Shown piece after piece: positions 35,148 to 44,089 of a stretch of 64,000 bases of DNA. Within the stretch, counting starts at the first letter, position 1, and each line of letters begins with the position of its first letter. Both the position numbers and the translations under genes were made by a program. The stretch is from Escherichia phage EcWhh-1: sequence record MH791409.1. One strand, 5' to 3'. The notes beneath the pieces are model-generated. The model ran no database searches, had not been told where the DNA came from, and saw nothing but the letters and a program-made list of their open reading frames with translations.

Positions 35148-35442
35148 TGATAATTTCCCAAATCTGTTTACGCGTAGTTTCCCACATAACTCTAACGATT
35201 TCGTCAGTAGTCGGTTGACGGTAAATACCACGTAATTTAATTATAGCATATTTGTAAGCTTCGAAATTGTTTTCGAGAACAGCGCCCTGAGCATGTGTAT
35301 TAAGACGCTTAATTTCACGGGCATTCTTTTTAAGAATTTTGGCAGCTTGAGAAGCGGCTTCTTTAGCATTATTCTCTTCTAAACGCTTCTGGGCTTCTTC
35401 AATTTGCTCTTCGGTCAATTGAGAAATGTCGGTGCTTTGCAT
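35131..35442 (-). CDS. hypothetical helical protein
   Basis: track ORF 103 aa. Confidence 0.45.
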   Translation of the reverse strand: MQSTDISQLTEEQIEEAQKRLEENNAKEAASQAAKILKKNAREIKRLNTHAQGAVLENNFEAYKYAIIKLRGIYRQPTTDEIVRVMWETTRKQIWEIINGASK

Positions 35443-35443
35443 A

Positions 35444-35671
35444 TTAATCCTTGTAATTCAGTTTTATATAAAAATCTTCGTCGGTAACGTGATAGTTATA
35501 AGTTAATGTTCCTTTTTCAGCTTTAATTTCTACCGAATCAGGGTGTTTTGGGTCTATTACAATAGGAAGCTTGGCAATATCCTTAAGATACATTTTAAGA
35601 ACATAAGGAATTGCCGAATACTCTCCATCTACTTCTTCTAAAAGGCCTACCAGGTTAATCTTGAGTTCCAT
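35444..35671 (-). CDS. hypothetical protein
   Basis: track ORF trimmed to ATG at 35671. Confidence 0.4.
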   Translation of the reverse strand: MELKINLVGLLEEVDGEYSAIPYVLKMYLKDIAKLPIVIDPKHPDSVEIKAEKGTLTYNYHVTDEDFYIKLNYKD

Positions 35672-36212
35672 ATAAAAAATCCAGCTCACCAACTTTAGAT
35701 TCGGCGCTCTTATCAGACCCTGGCGCTTTAACTAAAGAGGTTTCATACTGAGTCATTTTGTCGTAAATATCCTGGATAAAAGTTTCATCTGCGATACCTA
35801 CCATGTCGTCGTCATTGGCGTCATAAACGTTATGGACGAAGTAGCTGTATTTCTTTGCCATTTCTTTACGTTCTTTCTTGATACGCTGAACAAAGGCATT
35901 AAAACAAGCCATAGTGATATATGCATGCGGGTTGTCGTATTTTGTTTCGTCGAAGTTATGAAGACCTTTAATAGAGGCTTCGATTCCATCAGCAATCATT
36001 TCTTGCTTCCAAGATTGGGTATATCCGGAGAAGTTGAAACGCTTAGAAAGGCCTTCAGCAATGAGCATAATAGCCAAGCCGATAACGTCGTTCTGACGAA
36101 CTATTTTATTAGGGTCGGTATTTTCTCGGAGTTCTGTTTTCCACTGGGTAATGGCTTTCAGAAGCTCCTTATTATTTACATAGTTATTTTTAGTCAGTTT
36201 AATTTCGGTCAT
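35655..36212 (-). CDS. 55: late-transcription sigma factor
   Basis: 185 aa, same length as T4 gp55; [16 protein letters not shown]...[59 protein letters not shown] nearly identical to remembered T4 gp55. Confidence 0.92.
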   Translation of the reverse strand: MTEIKLTKNNYVNNKELLKAITQWKTELRENTDPNKIVRQNDVIGLAIMLIAEGLSKRFNFSGYTQSWKQEMIADGIEASIKGLHNFDETKYDNPHAYITMACFNAFVQRIKKERKEMAKKYSYFVHNVYDANDDDMVGIADETFIQDIYDKMTQYETSLVKAPGSDKSAESKVGELDFLYGTQD

Positions 36213-36251
36213 TGTTACCTCAGATAACTCAAATCATAGGTCTATTATATC

Positions 36252-36280
36252 ATAGTATTTGGAGACCCGTTTAAAGCATC
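36252..36280 (-). promoter_or_regulatory. candidate middle promoter (MotA-box-like TGCTTTAA plus TACTAT) upstream of gene 55
   Basis: minus strand GATGCTTTAAACGGGTCTCCAAATACTATGATATAATAGACC. Confidence 0.3.
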
Positions 36281-36542
36281 AACGGAGTAAGCAATAAGCC
36301 TGAAATACTGTTTCAAGGATTTGTATGAACTCGGGATAAGAAATTGTATCAGTACATCCATGTTCGGACATATATCCGCAAAATTCTTTAAAAAGTTCCG
36401 GATAATCCCGATGGTTGTATTTGGAAATATGAGACTTCCATACTAAAGAAGTCTCACCACAAACAAACTCAACATCCATACAGTTATCTATTAAGAAAAA
36501 TCCGAGACCTTCATAAGCGAGGGTGGTGGATATGGGTTTCAT
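36279..36542 (-). CDS. hypothetical protein
   Basis: track ORF 87 aa. Confidence 0.4.
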   Translation of the reverse strand: MKPISTTLAYEGLGFFLIDNCMDVEFVCGETSLVWKSHISKYNHRDYPELFKEFCGYMSEHGCTDTISYPEFIQILETVFQAYCLLR

Positions 36543-36805
36543 TGTAGGAATCGAGCTCCTTCTAATGCATCATCAAGATTATCAAACTCATCGACGTAAT
36601 CAATACCGCCAACTTCATCTTTAGCGTATAGCCAGTACCGTTTAAATTCATATTCGATAATAAAGTGGTCACCTTCAATCTGGAGAGCCCCATCACCATT
36701 AAATTGGACTGCATAACCTGTAAAGCGGACATCATTCAGGAGTTCTTCTTTCATAGCAATCATTTCCAAGTTTTTATCGTAATTAGAGAGTTTTATTTTA
36801 ATCAT
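36539..36805 (-). CDS. hypothetical protein
   Basis: track ORF 88 aa, ATGA-coupled. Confidence 0.4.
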   Translation of the reverse strand: MIKIKLSNYDKNLEMIAMKEELLNDVRFTGYAVQFNGDGALQIEGDHFIIEYEFKRYWLYAKDEVGGIDYVDEFDNLDDALEGARFLQ

Positions 36806-37046
36806 TTAAATAATCCTCAAATTCATTTAATGTCATGCCTTCGTCCCAAGCTATTTTAGGATCGGGCATTTTCATATAAGTGGTCTTAGAGCTTATAGGA
36901 AATATCCTGAAATCGCGATGACTTCCACTTAGCATATTAGCCGCTTTTATAATGGTTTCACTATTATTCATCATAGGGGTACGTTGGAAACCGGCTAAAG
37001 CTTTAAGGACTATTATAACCGATACATCTTCAGGCAAATTACTCAT
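36798..37046 (-). CDS. hypothetical protein
   Basis: track ORF 82 aa. Confidence 0.4.
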   Translation of the reverse strand: MSNLPEDVSVIIVLKALAGFQRTPMMNNSETIIKAANMLSGSHRDFRIFPISSKTTYMKMPDPKIAWDEGMTLNEFEDYLND

Positions 37047-37372
37047 TTAGCTGCCTTAACAATTTTCAGGTCAACGAATTTTTTCTTACGTTGATTCTTC
37101 ATACGACGGATGGTTTTGTCTGTGATTTCACCTGGCTGCCAAGCTTTAGATTCGACACCAAAGGCGGCCACATCAAACTCGTCGAGAATATATTGAACCA
37201 GGATTTCACGAATACCGTTCTTACCAATTTTTTGGTCTTTAGAGTGCATGATTGGTAACAGTTCAGCAACCCATTGGTCAAGAACCTGAGGAGTTACAAA
37301 GCCAGTTTTCATCAGTTCATTAACTTTATCGAAAGCGAAAGAGTTCAGTACGTTTTTAATAGCTTGTGACAT
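37043..37372 (-). CDS. hypothetical protein (N-terminus MSQAI..., shared with 44090..44938)
   Basis: track ORF 109 aa. Confidence 0.4.
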   Translation of the reverse strand: MSQAIKNVLNSFAFDKVNELMKTGFVTPQVLDQWVAELLPIMHSKDQKIGKNGIREILVQYILDEFDVAAFGVESKAWQPGEITDKTIRRMKNQRKKKFVDLKIVKAAK

Positions 37373-37441
37373 AATAATTTCCTCAGTTTAAAAATTTATA
37401 ATCCGTAGGACCATTATACTCTGGTCCCAAGAGTTTGTAAA

Positions 37442-37642
37442 CTATTTTTGTGCTAATGCACCTTTCCAACCTTCATACATCATTGCGGCTGATATTAATA
37501 TTGCTCCTGCGCATTTTGAATATTTGTTATTCCAAAACCAGTTTAGAAAAACTTCGTCATCAATACCTTGAGCTATCATATTTTCAAAGAACTGACGACG
37601 GGCTTCAGCAATTCGTTGTGATAATTTAGATTCAGGATTCAT
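37442..37642 (-). CDS. hypothetical protein
   Basis: track ORF 66 aa. Confidence 0.4.
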   Translation of the reverse strand: MNPESKLSQRIAEARRQFFENMIAQGIDDEVFLNWFWNNKYSKCAGAILISAAMMYEGWKGALAQK

Positions 37643-37774
37643 TTAAATTTTCCAGTTGCCGTTTTCATCAATAAATTTAATCCAGTCATTTACTGACCAC
37701 TTAGTCGTATCGCCTTTTGGAGTAACATTTAAAGTGTATAATCCTTGTTTAAAAAGCATACGTTTGATATTCAT
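37643..37774 (-). CDS. hypothetical small protein
   Basis: track ORF 37643..37867 trimmed to the in-frame ATG with GAGGAA Shine-Dalgarno that follows the upstream stop. Confidence 0.35.
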   Translation of the reverse strand: MNIKRMLFKQGLYTLNVTPKGDTTKWSVNDWIKFIDENGNWKI

Positions 37775-37781
37775 ATTTTCC

Positions 37782-38075
37782 TCAGCTGTAACGATAGCAT
37801 TCGTTTGATTTACGTTTTGCAACTCGATGAGAAGTATTGTAATCAGGTTCATCGTCGCTGTAAACATCTTTTTTCAGTTTTCTCACTTCTTTACGAAGTT
37901 GGCGGTTCATTTCATTCTTAACTTCAGAATCAACGCCGCTAAAGCGTTTCCATTTATCTGACCGGAAGATATTTTCATTCAAAGTTTCTTCCGATACGCC
38001 ATCAGGTGCTTTACGTCTAGCAATGCAATTAAAATCTCTAGATGGCAATTCTTTACGACGGATAGTTTTACCCAT
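37782..38075 (-). CDS. hypothetical basic protein
   Basis: track ORF 97 aa, K/R-rich. Confidence 0.4.
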   Translation of the reverse strand: MGKTIRRKELPSRDFNCIARRKAPDGVSEETLNENIFRSDKWKRFSGVDSEVKNEMNRQLRKEVRKLKKDVYSDDEPDYNTSHRVAKRKSNECYRYS

Positions 38076-38077
38076 AG

Positions 38078-38332
38078 TTACCTCAACAGTTTGTATCCAA
38101 TAAGGTTTTTAATGTACTGGATGTCTTTGATATCCAAATCCAACTTAAGGTCTTTCAGACGGTCGGCCAGGGTCAAAAAGGTTACATGCTTCCAATTCTT
38201 AACAGGACAGCAATAAGTCTTAGGACCATTTGCAATTTCAATATTCTTATCAGTGACGGTGAGAAAAATTAGGCGCTCATCATCCAGATTAAGGGTGATG
38301 ACATTTTTCATTGAATGCAATTTCAGGCTCAT
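38078..38332 (-). CDS. hypothetical protein
   Basis: track ORF 84 aa. Confidence 0.4.
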   Translation of the reverse strand: MSLKLHSMKNVITLNLDDERLIFLTVTDKNIEIANGPKTYCCPVKNWKHVTFLTLADRLKDLKLDLDIKDIQYIKNLIGYKLLR

Positions 38333-38505
38333 AATTTAATTTCCTTAGCTATCGAACAAAATACACCACGGTCACAAATCATTTTAATATTAAGGTCAAT
38401 TATGGTATACCACACGTCTAGGCTAGATATTTCAGTTACTAGAACAGCTTTGCCGTTGATTGAATAATACTGGTTGACTTTAATTTCTTTATCTTGGATA
38501 GTCAT
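38329..38505 (-). CDS. small hypothetical protein (58 aa), not in ORF track
   Basis: MTIQDKEIKVNQYYSINGKAVLVTEISSLDVWYTIIDLNIKMICDRGVFCSIAKEIKL; GAGGAG Shine-Dalgarno; stop overlaps downstream ATG. Confidence 0.4.
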   Translation of the reverse strand: MTIQDKEIKVNQYYSINGKAVLVTEISSLDVWYTIIDLNIKMICDRGVFCSIAKEIKL

Positions 38506-38534
38506 AATGTTCTCCTCATGTGTTGATAGGATAG

Positions 38535-38563
38535 ACTATAACACGTGAGGAGAGGAAGTAAAC
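38535..38563 (-). promoter_or_regulatory. early-type promoter cassette (GTTTAC, 17 nt, TATAGT)
   Basis: minus strand GTTTACTTCCTCTCCTCACGTGTTATAGTCTATCCTATCAACACATGAGGAG with inverted repeat CTCCTCACGTG/CACATGAGGAG. Confidence 0.5.
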
Positions 38564-38564
38564 A

Positions 38565-38882
38565 CTAATCTTCAATTAAATCTCGGTCATAACCAAGTTC
38601 AATCAAAAGTGACTTAAAGGCAGGAATATTTTCTATTTTCTTATTATCGACAAATATGACAGGATAGCGTATCGCTAAGCTCTTGAAGCCGGCACGTTTG
38701 GCCAATGATACTATAAGAGGCTTGTCATATACCGCGCCTGACGGCGTCTGGTTAATCACAGGATAGAAAGTATGTGGGATAGAAAGGGAATTTAGGAGCG
38801 ATAGAACTGCAATGCACCCTGGACAGCGCATGACTGTCTCAGGGATACCGTAAATCTCAATTTTAGTTAACTTTTGGTCCAC
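38565..38882 (-). CDS. glutaredoxin/NrdH-like redoxin with probable GTG start
   Basis: CPGC active-site motif 15 residues after a GTG that is preceded by AAGGAG at 7-nt spacing; the longer track ORF would overlap the upstream gene by about 160 nt. Confidence 0.5.
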   Translation of the reverse strand: MDQKLTKIEIYGIPETVMRCPGCIAVLSLLNSLSIPHTFYPVINQTPSGAVYDKPLIVSLAKRAGFKSLAIRYPVIFVDNKKIENIPAFKSLLIELGYDRDLIED

Positions 38883-39159
38883 AGGAAATAACTCCTTGGT
38901 AGTCCCAAGTTTTGATAACTTCTTCGTCATTAGTGTTGTACGGAACGTAAACCTGTACAAGAAAACCTGTGTCATCGAAAGAGAAATAAACGGTTGGTTT
39001 GATTCCGTGAATCTCTGATAGAGCATAGATATCTTTAAGGTCTTCTTCCTTATCTTTAAAGAATTCGGGGTTCAGGTCACAGTCATGGAAGTACCAATCA
39101 TCACCGAACTTGTCCCATGCGGTCCAATTGGTAGCTACATATTCTTCAAAACGTTTCAT
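38863..39159 (-). CDS. hypothetical protein
   Basis: track ORF 98 aa. Confidence 0.4.
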   Translation of the reverse strand: MKRFEEYVATNWTAWDKFGDDWYFHDCDLNPEFFKDKEEDLKDIYALSEIHGIKPTVYFSFDDTGFLVQVYVPYNTNDEEVIKTWDYQGVISCGPKVN

Positions 39160-39383
39160 TCTTTCACCTTCATCATTTTAGAAATAACACCATGAACAGA
39201 CTGGATTCGTTTTTCGAACTCAGACCCTTCAAGACCTTTTTCAGTACTCAGGGCACCGATAATAACAAACAGTAATCCAAACGGGATGACCAGGATTAAA
39301 AGGCACACGATAAACAAGGCAAATGTAATATTGGCCAGGATATCGGAAACAGCATTACGAAATTTGTTCATTAAAGAACCCAC
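39156..39383 (-). CDS. small membrane protein
   Basis: 75 aa with a central 35-residue hydrophobic segment. Confidence 0.4.
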   Translation of the reverse strand: MGSLMNKFRNAVSDILANITFALFIVCLLILVIPFGLLFVIIGALSTEKGLEGSEFEKRIQSVHGVISKMMKVKE

Positions 39384-39492
39384 ATGTTAGTTACAACAAA
39401 TAACCATTGAGCAGGATACTCAACACCCATAATACGCACCGCATCGTTCAGAGATTCGGCTAAAGCATAAAATGTGTAGCCATAAAAATTAA

Positions 39493-39966
39493 TCATTTAA
39501 GCGATTTCCTCAGTTGTTTTTTAAACGAATCGACCATTTGTTTCTTAGTGGCAGATTCATTATAAGTCATTCCATGTGAAAGCATTTCAGCAATCATTTC
39601 TTCCTTACCCAACCTGCTGAACTCTTTGGTTTTATCAGGAACGAAATTAGGATGAATATTATTTTCAGTATAATCAGCTTTCAGATAGACCAGCAAATTC
39701 TCTAACCATTCGAGGTAGTCAACGTTTTGACCTTTAAGACCAGAACGGTTGAACTTATGCTTCATTTGTCCTTCTGCAGCATTGCACAGGTTACATAGTA
39801 AACCACGAACCTTACCGGCTTTTGGCCCGTTTAACTCGTGGTCGTGGTCAAGGTGGTTACTTTGAACATCAGGGTTTAATTCACGTTTACAAATCAAACA
39901 CTTACCACATTGTGCATCATAAAGTTTTTGTTTTTCTTCTTTGTATAATTTGCCGGTCAACAACAT
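39493..39966 (-). CDS. 49: endonuclease VII (Holliday-junction resolvase)
   Basis: 157 aa; MLLTGKLYKEEKQKLYDAQCGKCLICKRELNPDVQSNHLDHDHELNGPKAGKVRGLLCNLCNAAEG... about 90 percent identical to remembered T4 gp49. Confidence 0.93.
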   Translation of the reverse strand: MLLTGKLYKEEKQKLYDAQCGKCLICKRELNPDVQSNHLDHDHELNGPKAGKVRGLLCNLCNAAEGQMKHKFNRSGLKGQNVDYLEWLENLLVYLKADYTENNIHPNFVPDKTKEFSRLGKEEMIAEMLSHGMTYNESATKKQMVDSFKKQLRKSLK

Positions 39967-40001
39967 AATAAACCCTTACCATTATTAGATAAGGGTATTT
40001 A

Positions 40002-40187
40002 TTATTTTTCAAATGTACTATAGAACGAACGATGCAACCGTTTAAATTGACGAATCATCTTTTTGGTAGGGCGAGTATACAATCCTACACAGGTGGCCAT
40101 AAACTGGTCGGTAGGACTTCCTTTGATAAGAAGTTTCCAGACCTTACTGCCATCCAACTTTTCGGTATAGACTAATTTAGTTTTCAT
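40002..40187 (-). CDS. small basic protein, RPTKRQ-motif family
   Basis: 61 aa with TRPTKKMIRQFKRLHRSFY. Confidence 0.45.
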   Translation of the reverse strand: MKTKLVYTEKLDGSKVWKLLIKGSPTDQFMATCVGLYTRPTKKMIRQFKRLHRSFYSTFEK

Positions 40188-40476
40188 CAGAACGCCTTAT
40201 CAGCAAAGCGAAGTTGAGCTTCAAGCCAATGGATATAGTCGGCTGCAGCTTTAATCAAATCGGATTCTAGGTCAGGTAAAGAACCCGAATCCGACAACTC
40301 GTAAAGCGAATGTTCAATCAGACGGCCTTTGTGACGGCCAATTTCAATTTTGGTACTCATATCCAAACTCCATATCGATTAAATCATTGTTTGAAGGTTC
40401 ATTATACTCTATTTCGGAATCGTTGTAAACCGGTTCCTCTGGCTCGGTAGTTTCCCACCGAGCGACATACCATGGC

Positions 40477-40785
40477 TTAACGGTCACACCACCAACTCGA
40501 TACTTCAAAATCGGGTTCACCATCTTCCCAGTACCAAGGGCCGACCGGGTGCCAATCGCCGTGTTCATCTTCTTCAAATTCTTCGGATTCAAGCCCAACG
40601 TATTGCCATTGGACCTCATAAGCGGTGCCACCAATTACAACAGTGTTCTCGCCATACGGGTGAGCTACAGCAAAGTCTATACCTTCTGCTTTAGCCAGCC
40701 AAACCATATATTCGTATAGTTTATATTCCAGGTCATCTTCGGTGCCATCACCTAGAAAAATGGTTTGTTCGTTTAATTCAATCAT
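40477..40785 (-). CDS. hypothetical acidic, Trp-rich protein
   Basis: 102 aa; the downstream overlapping frame continues with a similar acidic sequence. Confidence 0.4.
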   Translation of the reverse strand: MIELNEQTIFLGDGTEDDLEYKLYEYMVWLAKAEGIDFAVAHPYGENTVVIGGTAYEVQWQYVGLESEEFEEDEHGDWHPVGPWYWEDGEPDFEVSSWWCDR

Positions 40786-41039
40786 AATTCCACCATAAAT
40801 TCAAATAGCTGGTCACGTACACAAGTATCAGTCCAACCCCATTTGGTGGCTTCTTCTTTTAACCAATCCGGGAGATTTGCCAATACGGTTTCTTTACTAG
40901 GCGCAGGAGTATCAAACTCACTTGCAAACTCTCTTGCGCAGGTTCCATAAGCTATATCAAATTCGGTCATTTGAAGTTCCAGAATGAAGCACCAACCAGA
41001 AATAAAGGCCAACAAATCATAGACGTCAGCCACCAACAA
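40782..41039 (-). CDS. hypothetical protein
   Basis: track ORF 85 aa. Confidence 0.4.
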   Translation of the reverse strand: MLVADVYDLLAFISGWCFILELQMTEFDIAYGTCAREFASEFDTPAPSKETVLANLPDWLKEEATKWGWTDTCVRDQLFEFMVEL

Positions 41040-41130
41040 AAGTCACCTGCACCGAAATCATCTAATTTAGCTAGGGTCTTAGCATAACCAATACCGATGA
41101 TAAGATACAAAATACCCAACAATAATTCAA

Positions 41131-41394
41131 TCATTTGAAATACGCTCGCAGTTGGTCAAAGCCACCAATAGAAGTTCCATCGGGAGCAAATACCTGTGGC
41201 ATAGTCAAACCTACCTGAGATTCACGTCCAAGAGCAGCCAGGAGTTCGGCAATCTTCTCATCATCAAATACACCTTTTTCCGGCATCACGTTAATGAATT
41301 CGTAAGGTTGTTTCTTAACATCAAGCAGACGTTTGGCATTATCACAGAAAACACAACGGTGAATATTTGAATCGTAACCATAAACTTTAAACAT
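41131..41394 (-). CDS. nrdC: thioredoxin/glutaredoxin NrdC
   Basis: 87 aa; MFKVYGYDSNIHRCVFCDNAKRLLDVKKQPYEFINVMPEKGVFDDEKIAELL... nearly identical to remembered T4 NrdC (CxxC active site). Confidence 0.9.
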   Translation of the reverse strand: MFKVYGYDSNIHRCVFCDNAKRLLDVKKQPYEFINVMPEKGVFDDEKIAELLAALGRESQVGLTMPQVFAPDGTSIGGFDQLRAYFK

Positions 41395-41395
41395 T

Positions 41396-41632
41396 TTAAA
41401 TTCCTAATATTTGTTTGAATGCTTCAGAACGGTCGAGTTCTGTTCCATATTTTTCCGTGTGCTCATTTTTTAAATCATACACATCAGATAGTATATTATT
41501 ATACGAACGAGTTAAAGCAGATTTTAAAACTGAATAACTGTCCGGAAATTTACCGTGCTCTTTATAATAAGCTAGAGTAAGTTCGCGGACTGCCTTATCG
41601 GCAGCCTCTACATATTCTTTACGCTTTGCCAT
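41396..41632 (-). CDS. hypothetical protein
   Basis: track ORF trimmed to internal ATG ([15 protein letters not shown]...) to resolve overlap with the upstream ORF. Confidence 0.35.
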   Translation of the reverse strand: MAKRKEYVEAADKAVRELTLAYYKEHGKFPDSYSVLKSALTRSYNNILSDVYDLKNEHTEKYGTELDRSEAFKQILGI

Positions 41633-41930
41633 TTTCGTCTCGCTCAAATCGGTGTTTGCAATGGCGGCATTTATATCGAAGATTACTGGTTTGCCAATGG
41701 ACCAATTGAACCTGTTCTGTGCCACACTTAGGACAGTTAGGAACATTCTTAGAAGCTTGTTCTCGTCGTGCGACCATAGCCATTACAGCATCCCAATTAA
41801 CGGCATCACCATAATCATCACAACCATGAATTTTACCGACCAATTCAACTTCAACATCCTCGGCTTTAATAAATTTCAATAAACCGGTATTAGATGCTGA
41901 AGCAATATCTTCAGCTAAACGTTGTTTCAT
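41619..41930 (-). CDS. zinc-ribbon protein
   Basis: 103 aa; CPKCG...(14)...CRHCKHRF. Confidence 0.45.
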   Translation of the reverse strand: MKQRLAEDIASASNTGLLKFIKAEDVEVELVGKIHGCDDYGDAVNWDAVMAMVARREQASKNVPNCPKCGTEQVQLVHWQTSNLRYKCRHCKHRFERDENGKA

Positions 41931-42937
41931 TTCAGCAGCTCCAGAGCCTGTTCAAGACGGTCTAAACGATTGGTAGACTCTTCCCAAAGTTTCTTGGCAG
42001 CGGTATATTGCCCGGTCAGTTTTTTGTTAATAGCCAAGGCATCTTTATACGCTTTTTCTAAGGCAACGATTTCCGGTAACTTGGATTTAGTAATTGGTGT
42101 ATGGGCCATGATAGGGCTGTTCAAGTCGTTAATCAAGTCTTCTAATGTAGCAGGCTCTTTATCAGTATTCACAATTTCCTCACATTTTTCTTGGTAAATT
42201 TCAGCGTCAGTTTTTGGAACGGTACATTTGATTTCGCGAACTGTTACTAAGACCTCATATCCTTTCCAGCCTAAGCGGTGTTTAACTTCTTGGGTCTCAT
42301 ATTTCTCTACTGTATCCATCAAAGCTAGGGCTTGTTCGATAGTATTCAAGGTATCGTAAGCAATATCTTGATACTTTACAACTTCCGCATCATCTTTAGG
42401 TTTCCTATTAGGTGACCAAATAACAGAAATAATAGCTTTTCCTTTATAACTATTTGTTTTAATCATGCAATTAGCCATCGGGTGAATAGTACGACAATCA
42501 CCGGAAACTATAGTTTTAGAGGCCGCTTTGAGAATTAATGCAGAGTTAGCCTTGAATTCGCTAACCCAACGTTGCGGAAATAAACTACTAGGGTCCATAC
42601 CTTTAATTTTGATATAACCTTTTATGGTATCACCAAACCATTTGTAGCTAACAACGTGGCTAGAACCCGGATATTTCTCTTTACCGAACTCAGAAAGGAT
42701 GTCCTTATTGACCAGTCGAGAAAGCAGTCGAGAACCTTTAAATGTATCTACGATATCAGGAATAAACAAACGACCCGCTATCTTTTCGATTTCAGCTTTG
42801 AAACAGCGCGATAATGCATCATCAATTTGGTCGACCCATTTATTGATATTAGAAACTATTACCACATATGGGGTTAATGGAGGGGTGTTGGCAGTGATAT
42901 ACGTAGTAAAGGCATTGATGTATTCAGTACGAGTCAT
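41927..42937 (-). CDS. hypothetical protein with C-terminal coiled coil
   Basis: 336 aa; ends ...[20 protein letters not shown]. Confidence 0.5.
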   Translation of the reverse strand: MTRTEYINAFTTYITANTPPLTPYVVIVSNINKWVDQIDDALSRCFKAEIEKIAGRLFIPDIVDTFKGSRLLSRLVNKDILSEFGKEKYPGSSHVVSYKWFGDTIKGYIKIKGMDPSSLFPQRWVSEFKANSALILKAASKTIVSGDCRTIHPMANCMIKTNSYKGKAIISVIWSPNRKPKDDAEVVKYQDIAYDTLNTIEQALALMDTVEKYETQEVKHRLGWKGYEVLVTVREIKCTVPKTDAEIYQEKCEEIVNTDKEPATLEDLINDLNSPIMAHTPITKSKLPEIVALEKAYKDALAINKKLTGQYTAAKKLWEESTNRLDRLEQALELLK

Positions 42938-42963
42938 GATATTCTCCTCAAGTTGATAGAAAG

Positions 42964-42993
42964 ATTATACTCCATCCATCCTTGGATGTAAAC
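42964..42993 (-). promoter_or_regulatory. early-type promoter (GTTTAC, 18 nt, TATAAT)
   Basis: minus strand GTTTACATCCAAGGATGGATGGAGTATAATCTTTCTATCAAC. Confidence 0.45.
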
Positions 42994-42994
42994 A

Positions 42995-43906
42995 TTATTT
43001 TAGAGCTAATACTGCAGCGCGGAGCTTGTCACGCTGGAGTTCCATGTTCTTGATGCGAATCAATACGTCTTGGATACTCTTTTTCTCATCTTCGATCTGG
43101 CCGTTTAAACGGTGGATTGATTCCTGGAGATGGTCCTCATGATACTTCTCGATAGGTTTCATCGTAGGGTTAGTAACCACCATAGAATTATCAGGTGTAA
43201 TTTTCCAATGATACGGTTTGGAATTGAATGGACTCGGTACAGCCGTGGTTTTGAATTTGTCATAGGCTGCATACTGGCCTACACTGTCACATGATACTGC
43301 AGAGGTAGAGATACGTCGTTCCATTTGTGGGTCCTTTTGTTGGGATTGGTAAGGGGCATAAGACAAAAGATATTCGCGAGTTAGTTTAATTCTGATGTAT
43401 ACTGCATCAGCCAGCCCGGAACATTCTGCGTACTCGTCAGTAGTAACCTTATATGATTCTACAGCCTTAATACGAGCCATTGCTTCTCTGAATAAGGTTT
43501 CAAATGCTTCACGAAGGGCCTTATTACCTTTTGAGGTAGGACGGAAACGAACTTGAACACCATCATCCAAAATATTAATGACCAGGTTACGAGCTGTAAA
43601 ATTAATATTTTTGATATTGACAGGAACCGTAGAAATACGCCCTGCAGTAGCCAATAGGTCTTTGATATTAGCTCGTAATGTTGCACCAAACAGATGGGCC
43701 GGGCTACGGCAATAATCATTCAAAGAGCTGATGTAAGTTCCTTTACGGCCTACACCATAAGTATAATTACCATTACAAATATGACCAAAGTCAGCTAGGC
43801 GGTCAATAGCGATACGACGAGTCGTGTCATGGTCATAGATGGAATATTCTTTACGTGTTTTAATGTTCATATTAAAGTCCAAATAATTTTTCATAGAGTT
43901 TAGCAA
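42995..43906 (-). CDS. hypothetical protein with C-terminal coiled coil
   Basis: 303 aa; ends ...RIKNMELQRDKLRAAVLALK. Confidence 0.5.
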   Translation of the reverse strand: MLNSMKNYLDFNMNIKTRKEYSIYDHDTTRRIAIDRLADFGHICNGNYTYGVGRKGTYISSLNDYCRSPAHLFGATLRANIKDLLATAGRISTVPVNIKNINFTARNLVINILDDGVQVRFRPTSKGNKALREAFETLFREAMARIKAVESYKVTTDEYAECSGLADAVYIRIKLTREYLLSYAPYQSQQKDPQMERRISTSAVSCDSVGQYAAYDKFKTTAVPSPFNSKPYHWKITPDNSMVVTNPTMKPIEKYHEDHLQESIHRLNGQIEDEKKSIQDVLIRIKNMELQRDKLRAAVLALK

Positions 43907-44087
43907 TAGGCCATAGAACTAGCATACATAGCCAGGCAAAGCAAAATACCGGCCATACGAATGTAATGAATACTGCATCATAGCTTGATTCAATTTCAAC
44001 CGGGTTCCATGCACCGGACTTATGAACAAATAATGCAGTAATAAATCCTATCACAAGATATCCAATAATAAAACTGATAATTTCCAT
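43872..44087 (-). CDS. small membrane protein
   Basis: 71 aa with two hydrophobic helices. Confidence 0.4.
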   Translation of the reverse strand: MEIISFIIGYLVIGFITALFVHKSGAWNPVEIESSYDAVFITFVWPVFCFAWLCMLVLWPIAKLYEKLFGL

Positions 44088-44089
44088 AA

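Noticed and set aside
40344-40634. Track ORF 40344..40634 taken as a full-length gene
   Set aside because: Its first half is the K/R-rich alternative frame of the 3' end of ORF 40477..40785 and looks non-coding. Only its distal acidic part looks protein-like, so it is handled as a possible frameshift or GTG start rather than annotated as called.
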